A DNA stretch of 64,000 nucleotides, taken from contig JBMFVE010000001.1 in the NCBI GenBank assembly GCA_049966155.1, positions 722,169 to 786,168 on the forward strand, in the 5' to 3' direction. Positions within the stretch are counted from its first letter, which is position 1. Every line of letters begins with the position of its first letter. The notes beneath the pieces are model-generated. The model was not told where the DNA came from, ran no database searches, and saw nothing but the letters and a program-made list of their open reading frames with translations. Made by a program: the position numbers and the translations under genes. This stretch comes from Candidatus Kryptoniota bacterium. Its GTDB lineage: Bacteria > Bacteroidota > Ignavibacteria > Kryptoniales > JAKASW01. Below, piece by piece: positions 22,101 to 30,555 of the stretch.

Positions 22101-22438
22101 TCTGGAAGCGAGGAAACGATCATAACCGGGGATGGAATCTCGGAATGATAGGAATAAATAGCAGCTGATCTGGTTATCACAACGTATGACCACGCATGAA
22201 GATAAAAATCTGTTACAGAAAGAGTGTATAAGATTTTAGACTTGTTACCAATCATCCATCCTTTAAGATTCACGCTATCCGATGAGCAATTGTACAGTTC
22301 AATCCATTCGGGCTCTCCTCTGGAAGGAGCATACATCAGTTCACTAATTTTGACACCATCAGCATGGCTTTTACTGTACAATGCTGTCAGGATCGCAAAT
22401 GAAACCAATATCCTACCAAAAATAAGCTTGGCTCCCAT
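19127..22438 (-). CDS. Secreted protein with four lamin-tail domains, CARDB-like linkers and a FlgD-Ig-like C-terminal domain
   Basis: Signal peptide; four repeats of (I/V)(N/S)E(I/L)MY..(W/F)(I)EL(Y/F)..SLE(R/K)I..TPG..NS; C-terminal PNPFSPDGDG..WNGRDESG. Confidence 0.85.
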   Translation of the reverse strand: MGAKLIFGRILVSFAILTALYSKSHADGVKISELMYAPSRGEPEWIELYNCSSDSVNLKGWMIGNKSKILYTLSVTDFYLHAWSYVVITRSAAIYSYHSEIPSPVMIVSSLPEYFLVNTGDTVSIRNSSGQLVDSMFYSHAWGGGNGKSLERISFNVSSLMQSNWSTSVDSSGSTPGKKNSLAQSEYDIQAVRLKAVVFGGDTVEFNLTLRNLGTREASGYSVDFFADTSDSGNFFIRAGTFHSIAELLSGDSLTIKFSTMCSSVSRRAKAIVNFPPDENIANNSVVTDIVHCYNERDIVINEIMYAPSRGESEWIELFNPTDRFINLKGFTVGDNSSAKAIISSTDYIASPSSYVIVAHDTSFFSAHLKVTGKVFVTALPQLNNTGDAVVIKDESGKTIDSVAYEPSWGGDRGGRSLERINATGSSSDRKNFGTCSDVEGSTPNKINSISPTDYDLSIGSISVAPQIIRAGDSAFVSFYIVNRGNKVASESMVKIFYDLNSNLSIDRGEEIDSQKVPSILPSDSVRVNFIVMLPSQGPTTLGVLVVSPEDQRVSNNVAFLTLKAGVRKQSVVVNELMYAPKNAEQEWIELYNADAIPIDMSGFRISTRSASVTIGAKIVLDPGDYLVICKDSTVARFHRPVKNLVLQAVPSLHNDGDVVLLYDNGGSLLDSVSYLPVMGGATGKSLERIDYLSSANGVNWAESVDSTGATPGSVNSVAILPYDISINSLQIMPKIVDANIAASVVATIGNVGRNKMASFSFVLRVFKVGETEVISESSGSSEIILNPGDSVQLSHQILLPVSGVYRCMLTIKNPLDMRARNDTLSSLLFVRYAPQTVVINEIMYSGRGEYFELYGNSSAPIDLTGWSYRVNGRQNSLITKTRKEIMPGGYFVITSDTALCEEIADSSIANLDRSLSLRDEGGSIVILDSSGGIIDSVYYMPSWHNSDITLTRGRSLEKINPLLPSNEKSSWSSSVSPSGGTPGKKNSIFVERLRTSSDLKIEPNPFSPDGDGYNDFTFISYSFNAPYVRMRVRIFDMMGRCIAVPVDNVVLPASGNVVWNGRDESGRLVRFGIYVMYIEVAGPDGSIFGTYKKQVVVAKKMR
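21484..22336. repeat. Intragenic direct repeat between lamin-tail domains 1 and 2
   Basis: CTCTCCTCTGGAAGGAGCATACAT identical at 21503-21526 and 22313-22336 (810-bp offset), within about 43-bp near-identical segments. Confidence 0.8.
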
Positions 22439-22553
22439 CGTGCACCTGTAGCAAATTTTTCGGTAATTTAAAAAATGACACCAAATCCATTAATGACAGA
22501 AAAAGATCAACATCCAACTTCAGATTTACAGAAAAAGCATCGATGCGTATTTA

Positions 22554-24824
22554 TTACGTTCTCAATGTGATATCCCGCCAAATGTTGATTCTGCCAATGA
22601 AATTACCTTGTACATCAACAAATGAGAACGAACTAACTTCTACTATTTTACCATCAACTAATTCGACTTTTTCATCAAAAGAGGCATCACGTGTCTTAAT
22701 GTCTTTTAAACTAATTCTTATAAAGCTTACAGGATCTTTCACCCTTTTTGAAGCATCTCTAATCACACTCTGATAGTTTTTTCCAATTAAATCAGCAGGG
22801 CTGGCAAAAGAGAAAATCCGGCAGTATTCAGAATTAGCATACTCAACCTGACCAAACTCGTTTTCATAAATGATTCCTTCCTTCAAACTTTGAAGGATCG
22901 TATCAAGCTTTATATGCTCCCTCTCTTGATCCGCAGCATATCGTGCAAGACGGTCTTCCAATTCTTTTCTGTCTTCAATTGATACAAAAACAGTTTCTAC
23001 GGCATCGGACCCACCATAGACAATCGGAACGGATGTTGCGAGGACGTATAGACGTGCACCGTCTTTTTTGATAAACCTTTCTTCAACCAGCGGTGCCGTA
23101 ATTTTGTATTTATAGACGTTTTCCATATACCTATTAGTAATCTCAAGATCTTCTGGATGAATAAAAGATGAAACTGGATGTCCAACGATTTCTTCACCGC
23201 TGGTAAATCCAATTGCCTGCCCAGCAGCGTCATTGGCTTTGACTATCCTGCCCTCACGGTGTATAAGAATCCCAACCGGCGCATTCTTAAACAATGTTTC
23301 AAATAGTTCCTTTTGAGCTGTCAATTCACTCAGGTCACGAATTATTCCAATAGCCGCAACTTTCCCTTCATACCTGATATGTGCAACGCTAATTTCAACC
23401 GGGATCCTTACGCCGGATTTTGTTAATGCAGTAAAAGCATATTGCTTTTCTACCTTCTCTCCTCTTTGAAATCGTTTTAATCGCTCTTCGAATAAGCCCT
23501 GACTTTCAGGTGCCACAAGGTCAAGAAAATTTTTTTGCTTCACTTCATCAAGAGTATACCCAAATAGTTCCCTGAACCTCTTATTTACATTAAGAATGCT
23601 GTTTCCAGATGATATATAAATCGCATCATTTGAGCCTTCAATTAACACTTCATACTGCTCACGAAGAGATGCTAATTGTTCTATATTTTTAAAATGCTGA
23701 TGCTCCAGAGCATCCTTTCTGGCAGCAGAATAGTTAACAGTTAGTATAATCACAAGAAGGACAATTACTCCTACCGATAAAAAGATGGATCCCTTCATAT
23801 AAGAGGTAACACTCAATTCTACAGGATTTCTATCAGCACTGACAACAACATGCCACATCCCTTCCTGAAGTTCAAGAAAAGGCGATGTAATTGGAGCCGA
23901 TGTCCAGAGAAACTCATTGCCGTCAGAATCCGGAAGAGACGTTTTCATGACTGCAGTGCCTGTCAAGACCTCCCCGCTGAATATTTTCTCAATGTCCGTC
24001 TCCACATGGCAGCTACTACAACTCTTTCTTCCCTCTTTTTGAAGAACAGATAATCGCGCCATTTTCCAGCTCGGAATGTTAGACCATATGTGCACAAAGG
24101 GGAAAGCCGATTTGCTAAAAACACCGACGGAAATTTTTAATGTTGTATCACGGAAATCTCTTGCCTCTTCGATAGGGGTACCGACAACGGCAAACTGATC
24201 AATCAAAAACGCTACTGCACCATCAAGTCTGATCCTGTGAGTGCCAAGCTCTTCAGTAAATATCGGCGCACCCAAAAGAATAAAATCGGAACCTTCAAAT
24301 CTTCCTGCATAAGGTTTCATGCGACGAAAAATGGCGGACGGATCCTTCAAATCTTCATATGTTATTCCTCTACTCGACCAGGATTTTACGTATTTCCAGA
24401 ATTCACTTCCCGAAAGCTCCTCTCCATCATTGACTTTATTAGTTGAGTATAGGACTTTGCCTCCTGCTGAGAATAATAGGATTGAGTATATGTTTTGGTT
24501 TTTCACGAACTGAAAATAGTCTGAGATATCTGCTATACGGGATGGGTATCTGCGATCTGCTGCCAGAACTCTGGAGAGAGACCTTACTCCATTGGCACGA
24601 CTTTCGAGAAAGTCTTTCAGATGACTTGCAACTGTGTAAGCAGTCAGTTGATTGGTTCTGAAAACAGTGGTGTATAGCTTTGACTTGAGGCGACCTGTTG
24701 AAGTGATTGTTCCAACAACAGTTGCAATAATAACAAATATTGTTGTTGTTAGAATTATCAGATAATGACGAGAACTGAGCCGAACGGCTGAAATTATCGA
24801 ATTATTTCCCATTTGTCTCGCCAT
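22554..24824 (-). CDS. Membrane sensor: Cache-like periplasmic region with CxxCH, three PAS domains, no output domain
   Basis: Two TM helices flanking a region with CSSCH; PAS motifs (VNKRFRELFGY, FIHPED, ANSEYC.IF); ends WRDITLRT. Confidence 0.8.
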   Translation of the reverse strand: MARQMGNNSIISAVRLSSRHYLIILTTTIFVIIATVVGTITSTGRLKSKLYTTVFRTNQLTAYTVASHLKDFLESRANGVRSLSRVLAADRRYPSRIADISDYFQFVKNQNIYSILLFSAGGKVLYSTNKVNDGEELSGSEFWKYVKSWSSRGITYEDLKDPSAIFRRMKPYAGRFEGSDFILLGAPIFTEELGTHRIRLDGAVAFLIDQFAVVGTPIEEARDFRDTTLKISVGVFSKSAFPFVHIWSNIPSWKMARLSVLQKEGRKSCSSCHVETDIEKIFSGEVLTGTAVMKTSLPDSDGNEFLWTSAPITSPFLELQEGMWHVVVSADRNPVELSVTSYMKGSIFLSVGVIVLLVIILTVNYSAARKDALEHQHFKNIEQLASLREQYEVLIEGSNDAIYISSGNSILNVNKRFRELFGYTLDEVKQKNFLDLVAPESQGLFEERLKRFQRGEKVEKQYAFTALTKSGVRIPVEISVAHIRYEGKVAAIGIIRDLSELTAQKELFETLFKNAPVGILIHREGRIVKANDAAGQAIGFTSGEEIVGHPVSSFIHPEDLEITNRYMENVYKYKITAPLVEERFIKKDGARLYVLATSVPIVYGGSDAVETVFVSIEDRKELEDRLARYAADQEREHIKLDTILQSLKEGIIYENEFGQVEYANSEYCRIFSFASPADLIGKNYQSVIRDASKRVKDPVSFIRISLKDIKTRDASFDEKVELVDGKIVEVSSFSFVDVQGNFIGRINIWRDITLRT

Positions 24825-25011
24825 TTATCTTCCCTTCCGTCAAGAAGGTTCCATTGAAAGCCCGACCGCCTTTCTTTTGAAATTGCCACTTTCAACTATG
24901 AAAGTCAATCTTTTTATGAGCGCAGAACTGACACATTAACGATGCAACAATTTGAATTGCAGAAATGGCTTGTTAGAAATAGAAACGATTTATAAATTTT
25001 ATCGAGTTCTT

Positions 25012-25219
25012 TTCAAAAATTTGAGACTTTGGTGATGCGCCAAGGACGCTTTTAAAAGGGAATCCCGTGAAAATCGGGAGCTGCCCCGCAACTGTGAACC
25101 CTATCTCGCTGACAGCGAGATAATCCTCTGAGAATTTTAGCCACTGCTACGCAACAGGCGTGGTGGGAAGGTTCCTCAGGGGAGGGGAAAGCCAGGAGAC
25201 CTGCCAGAGTCTTTTGAAT
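25012..25219 (+). ncRNA. Cobalamin (AdoCbl) riboswitch
   Basis: GGTG...AAAAGGGAATCCCGTGAAAATCGGGAGCTGCCCCGCAACTGT...GCCACTG...GGGAAGG...AGCCAGGAGACCTGCC (B12 box), upstream of btuB. Confidence 0.95.
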
Positions 25220-25284
25220 GAAAGACCTCCGAGGGAGAGGTTGAATTCGGTCCGCCAAAGTGGCGGAAGAGTTAAAAAATTAAG

Positions 25285-25343
25285 GCCCTGATCCCACTCC
25301 CCCGAAGGCATTCTTCGAGAGAGGTCAGGGCTATTTTATTTTT
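25285..25343 (+). terminator. Riboswitch expression-platform terminator hairpin
   Basis: GCCCTGA...TCAGGGC followed by TATTTTATTTTT, just before the btuB RBS. Confidence 0.65.
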
Positions 25344-25352
25344 ACAGGAAGT

Positions 25353-27230
25353 ATGATTGCATTACTCATTCTCAACATTGCACTATTGAAAACCGACTCT
25401 GTGAAAGTTTTCGTATCGCCAGAAGTGACGGTTACAGCTACAAGAACCGCAATTGCCCCGGAAAACACCATGAGCAAAGTTGTATCAATCGATGCAAAAG
25501 AGTTTAGCGCAATTGGTTTTGCAGACCTTCCATCAATCCTTTCATCAATCGAAGGATTGTTCGTGAAATCATATGGACAGGGGCAATTATCAACAATAAG
25601 CAGCCTCGGTACAGGCGCTGAGGAGACATTGCTTATATTCGACGGCATAAGACTCAACAGCGTACAAAATGGTATGGTCGACCTTTTTCTGGTACCGCTC
25701 TCACAGATATCGCGAATCGAAATTGCTCAAGGAGGGTCATCTTCACTTTACGGCTCAGATGCAATAGGCGGAGTAATAAACATGTATTCCCCAAATAGCA
25801 GAACATCCTATGCGAACGCGAAGTTAGGTGTCGGATCGTATGGCTACCAGGAGGGGGAACTGGGCTTCGGCAAGACCATCGGAGCTGCAGAAGTAAATAT
25901 GTCCATCCATCAGGTCAGGTCGCGCAACGACTATAAGTTCGACTACACAGATGGCAAATTTACTTATCCAATGAGAAGAACCGGAGCTGATTTTGTCTCC
26001 AATGACCAGCTGTTCAAAATAGCATTTCCTAAAGAAACAGGATTTACATCACTAACACTCAGTAATACCCTGGCAAATCGCGGCACTCCTGGTTCGGTTA
26101 CAGGGCCATATTTCGTAGGTAGGGCAAGAGAATACGACAGTGACTTACTTATCGCATTAAACCATGTACAAAAGATAGGTGAATTCATTCTATCTGCAAC
26201 TGGAGGGGGAGTCTATGAATATTTAAAATATGTAGATCCCTCATCTGACATTAACAGCTTTTATAAAGCCATCTCGCCACAGGTATCGCTTCAACTGGAT
26301 CACCAGTCAGATTACCTATCATTTGTCACAGGAATGGATGCCGAAGTCGATAGAGCAACAAGTTCAGAGATGATGGGAATAAGAGAGCGACGACACTTTG
26401 GCACGTATTTGAGCAGCATCTGGAAATTACATTATCCACTGAAAACCGAAACACGTATTTCACCAAGTTTGAGGATTGACTATTACTCCGACTTTGGACC
26501 AACTTTAAACCCAAAGGTAGGGATCAATTTTAAACCAATCACATTTCTCCCTGTCTACATTCGAGCAAGTGCAGGCACAAATTTCAGGGCTCCAACGTTT
26601 GATGACCTTTACTATGGAACTGTAGGTAATCCAAACCTTAAACCCGAAAGGTCAACCAATTACGACGCGGGCCTTGGCATAACCATTCGAAAACCTTTTT
26701 ACTTACAGGTTGATGCCAACCTATATTCAATTCAAATTAGAGATGGAATAGTCTGGCTTCCAGAAAACTCGACCATATGGAGGCCTCAAAACTATCAAAA
26801 AATAATATCTCAGGGAGTAGAGTTAAGCTTGAGAGCAAACTATCATGATCTCGGCGCAATTTCCATTAACTATACGTATGGAAATACCCGGGACAGGTCT
26901 GATCCAAATTCACCAACATACAATAAACAGCTTATCTATCGACCGCTGGAACAGCTATCTATCACATCTGTTGTTTCACCAGGCCCTTTACTGTTGTCTG
27001 CATCCATTTGCTATGTCGGATACAGATATACGACTGCTGCAAATGATGCTTACCTCTCACCTTACACGAACGTCAATTTAACTCTTGGGGCAAATGTTAA
27101 AATGAGCTCTGCCGAAATATCCCCACAATTTTCAATAAGAAACCTACTCAACGAAAACTATCAGGTGATAGAGCTCCAACCAATGGCGTTGCGCACCTAC
27201 TATTTTAACCTAAATGTAAACATTAAATGA
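25353..27230 (+). CDS. btuB: TonB-dependent vitamin B12 receptor
   Basis: EVTVTATR, plug SSLYGSDAIGGVIN, FRAPTFDDLY, GNPNLKPE, NLLNENY; under a cobalamin riboswitch. Confidence 0.88.
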   Translation: MIALLILNIALLKTDSVKVFVSPEVTVTATRTAIAPENTMSKVVSIDAKEFSAIGFADLPSILSSIEGLFVKSYGQGQLSTISSLGTGAEETLLIFDGIRLNSVQNGMVDLFLVPLSQISRIEIAQGGSSSLYGSDAIGGVINMYSPNSRTSYANAKLGVGSYGYQEGELGFGKTIGAAEVNMSIHQVRSRNDYKFDYTDGKFTYPMRRTGADFVSNDQLFKIAFPKETGFTSLTLSNTLANRGTPGSVTGPYFVGRAREYDSDLLIALNHVQKIGEFILSATGGGVYEYLKYVDPSSDINSFYKAISPQVSLQLDHQSDYLSFVTGMDAEVDRATSSEMMGIRERRHFGTYLSSIWKLHYPLKTETRISPSLRIDYYSDFGPTLNPKVGINFKPITFLPVYIRASAGTNFRAPTFDDLYYGTVGNPNLKPERSTNYDAGLGITIRKPFYLQVDANLYSIQIRDGIVWLPENSTIWRPQNYQKIISQGVELSLRANYHDLGAISINYTYGNTRDRSDPNSPTYNKQLIYRPLEQLSITSVVSPGPLLLSASICYVGYRYTTAANDAYLSPYTNVNLTLGANVKMSSAEISPQFSIRNLLNENYQVIELQPMALRTYYFNLNVNIK

Positions 27231-27243
27231 AAGGAGAATCCAA

Positions 27244-28284
27244 TTGAAAAGGAAATCAATTACACTTTTCTTAGCAGTCCTGATTGCATCATGTGCAAAA
27301 ACTCCAACAGGACCTTCAGGACAATCACCACTTCCAAGTGCCTCACTTGTATATGTTGTCAACGAAGGCAACTTTGGAAAAGGCAACTCTTCGTTAACTG
27401 CCTTTTATCCCGACTCAAATAAGACGATAGCGGACATCTTTAAAACAGTAAACGGAAGAAACCTGGGAGACACAGGCAATGATATTGCAATTTACAATGG
27501 GAGAGCTTACATCGTTGTAAACAACTCCGATAAAATTGAAATCATCGACGCACACACCGCTCTCTCGATCAAAACAATTTATTACGCCAGTGGTACAAGC
27601 CCTTATAGAATTGCAATTGATCAAAATGATGGTAAAGGATTCGTCACGGATCTTTATAAGGGAAGGGTCTCTGTCATAAACCTGGCTACAAATTCTCTTT
27701 CTTCTGATTCCATAACTGTTGGTCAAAATCCATACGGCATAATATATACAAACGGTAAGGTATTCGTAGCAAACTCAGGGTTTGGTTCGGGAAATACGGT
27801 TTCGGTGATTGATGCTGCAACCGAGAAGACGATTAAGACAATCAAAGTTGGTTATAATCCGACAAATCTGATTGATGATGGGAACGGACACGTCTGGGTG
27901 GTATGCACAGGTAACTGGAATCCAGACACACCAGGATATCTTTTTGTAATAGACAGAAGCTCACTAGCCGTGGCAGATTCACTGTACATTGGGGGCCATC
28001 CAGGTAAGATTGCAGCCGACCCACAGCGAAATTCGGCTTACTTGATTGGAGATAGCGCGGTTATTAAGTTAGATTTGAAAGCACGGCAAATAACCAGTGC
28101 GAATTTTGTAATTGGTTCGTTTTATGGAATCGCCGTTGACGAGGCCACCGGGAATATTTATTTTACAAACCCAAAGGACTATGTGACAAATGGTACCGTA
28201 TCAATATACTCTCCCTCAGGAAGCAGCACCGGAATTTCGTTCACAGCAGGTATTATTCCGGACGCGATTGCATTTGAAAGGTAA
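27244..28284 (+). CDS. YncE-family beta-propeller lipoprotein (BtuG-like B12-binding)
   Basis: Lipobox LIASC; VNEGNFG, LGDTGND, YIVVNNS, YVTN repeats; follows btuB. Confidence 0.82.
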   Translation: MKRKSITLFLAVLIASCAKTPTGPSGQSPLPSASLVYVVNEGNFGKGNSSLTAFYPDSNKTIADIFKTVNGRNLGDTGNDIAIYNGRAYIVVNNSDKIEIIDAHTALSIKTIYYASGTSPYRIAIDQNDGKGFVTDLYKGRVSVINLATNSLSSDSITVGQNPYGIIYTNGKVFVANSGFGSGNTVSVIDAATEKTIKTIKVGYNPTNLIDDGNGHVWVVCTGNWNPDTPGYLFVIDRSSLAVADSLYIGGHPGKIAADPQRNSAYLIGDSAVIKLDLKARQITSANFVIGSFYGIAVDEATGNIYFTNPKDYVTNGTVSIYSPSGSSTGISFTAGIIPDAIAFER

Positions 28285-28287
28285 ACT

Positions 28288-28506
28288 ATGAACATCGCTT
28301 CGCTGCTGCCAGGTGCGACAGAAATAGTATATGCTTTGAGGCTCGAGGATCAGCTTGTTGGAGTATCACGTGAGTGTAACCATCCTCCCGCAGTCAAGAT
28401 AATACTCAAGCTCACTAACAGTACAATAAATCCCCTACTTGACAGCAGCAATATTGAGTCTTACGTCAGAAAGAGGAAAATTCTCCCTCTGGAATTTTAT
28501 GAATAA
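28288..28506 (+). pseudogene. Truncated BtuF-like cobalamin-binding protein (N-terminal 72 aa)
   Basis: MNIASLLPGATEIVYALRLEDQLVGVSREC matches the N-terminus of BtuF-type binding proteins; no room for the rest before the next gene. Confidence 0.7.
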
Positions 28507-28537
28507 TATGCCAATTAGCTAATCAAAAGGAGGAAAA

Positions 28538-29047
28538 ATGAATACATTATTTGCGTTAATTTTAGTTTTAGTCGCTGCATTCTCCAGACTTATTCCACAT
28601 GCCCCCAATTTCACACCTGCTATTACAATAGCATTATTTGCAGGCACATACTTCCCCAGGAGACTTGCACTCCTCGTTCCAATTGCTGCCATATTAGCCA
28701 GTGACATCGTTATCGGTTTTTATGCTGCAACATCAATGCTTTTTGTCTACGGAAGCTATGCGTTGATTGCATTCCTTGGGATATTAATGAAAACCAGAAT
28801 ATCTGCAATCATGATTGCGGGATATTCTTTGCTTTCGGCAGTTCTGTTCTTTGTACTAACAAACTTTGGAGTTTGGTTGACACCTGGCGCAATGTATCCA
28901 AGGACGCTCTCAGGATTATTGGAATGCTACATTATGGCACTCCCTTTTTTCAGAAACACCGTTGCTTCAACAGCCATATTTAGCGCAGTAATGTTCGGCG
29001 CATACGAGGCAGCCGAGAAATTCTTTTTTAAAACAAGGACTGCTTGA
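28538..29047 (+). CDS. DUF6580-like membrane protein (putative ECF S-component-like B12 transporter)
   Basis: SRLIPHAPNFTP, LFFVLTNFGVW, YPRTL.GL.ECY..ALPFFRNT; about 5-6 TMs; AGGAGG SD. Confidence 0.75.
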   Translation: MNTLFALILVLVAAFSRLIPHAPNFTPAITIALFAGTYFPRRLALLVPIAAILASDIVIGFYAATSMLFVYGSYALIAFLGILMKTRISAIMIAGYSLLSAVLFFVLTNFGVWLTPGAMYPRTLSGLLECYIMALPFFRNTVASTAIFSAVMFGAYEAAEKFFFKTRTA

Positions 29048-29203
29048 AGTTCCGAATCAGTTTCTAATCAGGTTCTTTCATTTTCACTTTTGAAGATTTT
29101 ACCTGCCAAGTTAAGCGACAATAGAAGCACTGAGTTCATTGATTTACTTCAAGTGTTTAAGTAAGTTTTCGTGTTTCGAAGTCAAACGATAAGGTATTCC
29201 CAA

Positions 29204-29232
29204 AGTTCGTTTGTCCGACATGAAAACGAACT
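29204..29232. promoter_or_regulatory. Inverted repeat upstream of porin-mgtA
   Basis: AGTTCGTTT-N11-AAACGAACT, perfect 9-bp arms. Confidence 0.4.
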
Positions 29233-29279
29233 GTCGTATATACTTCTTAATCAGGAGGTAAGCATGAGGAACAGAGAGG

Positions 29280-30536
29280 ATGAGGATCCTGATAATCTCG
29301 GCGATATATGCTATTACAGGTACTCTTGCAGGATACGCCCAGAAAAACTCAGATGTTTATAATCTTAGTTTTTCGTTTACAACTATCACTCAGTACAAGC
29401 CCCCAATTCATTCGCCTTACGTAGGTCAAAATAGCATAATCCCTCAGGCGGAAATAAAAACTTCATACGTTTCTACGCTCTACTCTTCAATTCATCCATT
29501 TAAAAATACCACTTTCGAATTCGATCCCGAAGTTGCCGGCGGGAGAGGTTTAAGTGGAGCAGTTGGGATTGCAGGCTTCCCTAATGCGCAAACTTATCGA
29601 ATTAGCAATTCACGGCCAGAGGTATACATAGCACGCCTTTTTGTCCAGGGAGAAATCCCACTAACTATGGGCTCTCGCCTCAAACTTACATTAGGTAAAT
29701 TTAGCCTGCCGGATTTCATTGACCAAAACAAATATGCCAACGATCCTACAACCGAGTTTATGAACTGGGTTCTGGTAAACAATGGTGCCTGGGATTTCGC
29801 CGCTGATACGAGAGGGTACACCTGGGGTCTTGCTGCTGAGTATATTAAATATAGTATTCATATTCGGATAATTACAGCTTTAGAGCCTGAAAGTGCAAAT
29901 GGATTAAAAATGGATGTCGATTTACGTAACTCCCTGGGATCAAACCTCGAATTTGAGTTCCCTTATTCAGCTAACGCGCTAAAAGGGGTGGTAAGAGTTA
30001 TGATTTATCTCAACCGCGCAAGGATGGGAAACTATGACATGAGCATTAAAAACCGGATCAATGGTACCCCTGACATTATATCCACACGGCAAAACGGCCG
30101 GACAAAACTTGGACTATGCCTTAATTTTCAGCAGCCGATCGATGACGACATTGGAGTCTTCTCACGCATCGGATGGAGCGATGGCCAGAATGAAACATGG
30201 GCATTTACAGAAGTTGACAGATTTCTTTCTGGAGGGGTCTCGGTAAGTGGATCTTCATGGCATAATCGGGAAGATCATGCCGGTCTTGCTTTTGCTATCA
30301 ATATGCTTTCAAAATCACATCGTGAATACCTTGAAGCAGGTGGCGCAGGATTTATGCTTGGAGATGGTAAACTAAACTACGCCCCCGAATTCATCTCTGA
30401 ATTATATTACAATGCGGCCTTAATCAGTAACCGTTTTCAAATATCACCCGACTACCAGCTAATTATAAATCCTGCATATAATAAAGACAGAGGACCAGTT
30501 AGCGTATTTTCAGTTAGACTTCATATTGAAATCTAA
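29280..30536 (+). CDS. OprB-like carbohydrate/divalent-metal porin
   Basis: PEVAGGRGLS..GIAGFPN, GAWDFAADTRGYTWG, ETWAFTEVD, NPAYNKDRGPV, C-terminal RLHIEI. Confidence 0.8.
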   Translation: MRILIISAIYAITGTLAGYAQKNSDVYNLSFSFTTITQYKPPIHSPYVGQNSIIPQAEIKTSYVSTLYSSIHPFKNTTFEFDPEVAGGRGLSGAVGIAGFPNAQTYRISNSRPEVYIARLFVQGEIPLTMGSRLKLTLGKFSLPDFIDQNKYANDPTTEFMNWVLVNNGAWDFAADTRGYTWGLAAEYIKYSIHIRIITALEPESANGLKMDVDLRNSLGSNLEFEFPYSANALKGVVRVMIYLNRARMGNYDMSIKNRINGTPDIISTRQNGRTKLGLCLNFQQPIDDDIGVFSRIGWSDGQNETWAFTEVDRFLSGGVSVSGSSWHNREDHAGLAFAINMLSKSHREYLEAGGAGFMLGDGKLNYAPEFISELYYNAALISNRFQISPDYQLIINPAYNKDRGPVSVFSVRLHIEI

Positions 30537-30555
30537 AAAACCGTGGAGGAATATA

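Noticed and set aside
25052-25258. 68-aa minus-strand ORF
   Set aside because: It is antisense to the cobalamin riboswitch, which explains the sequence.
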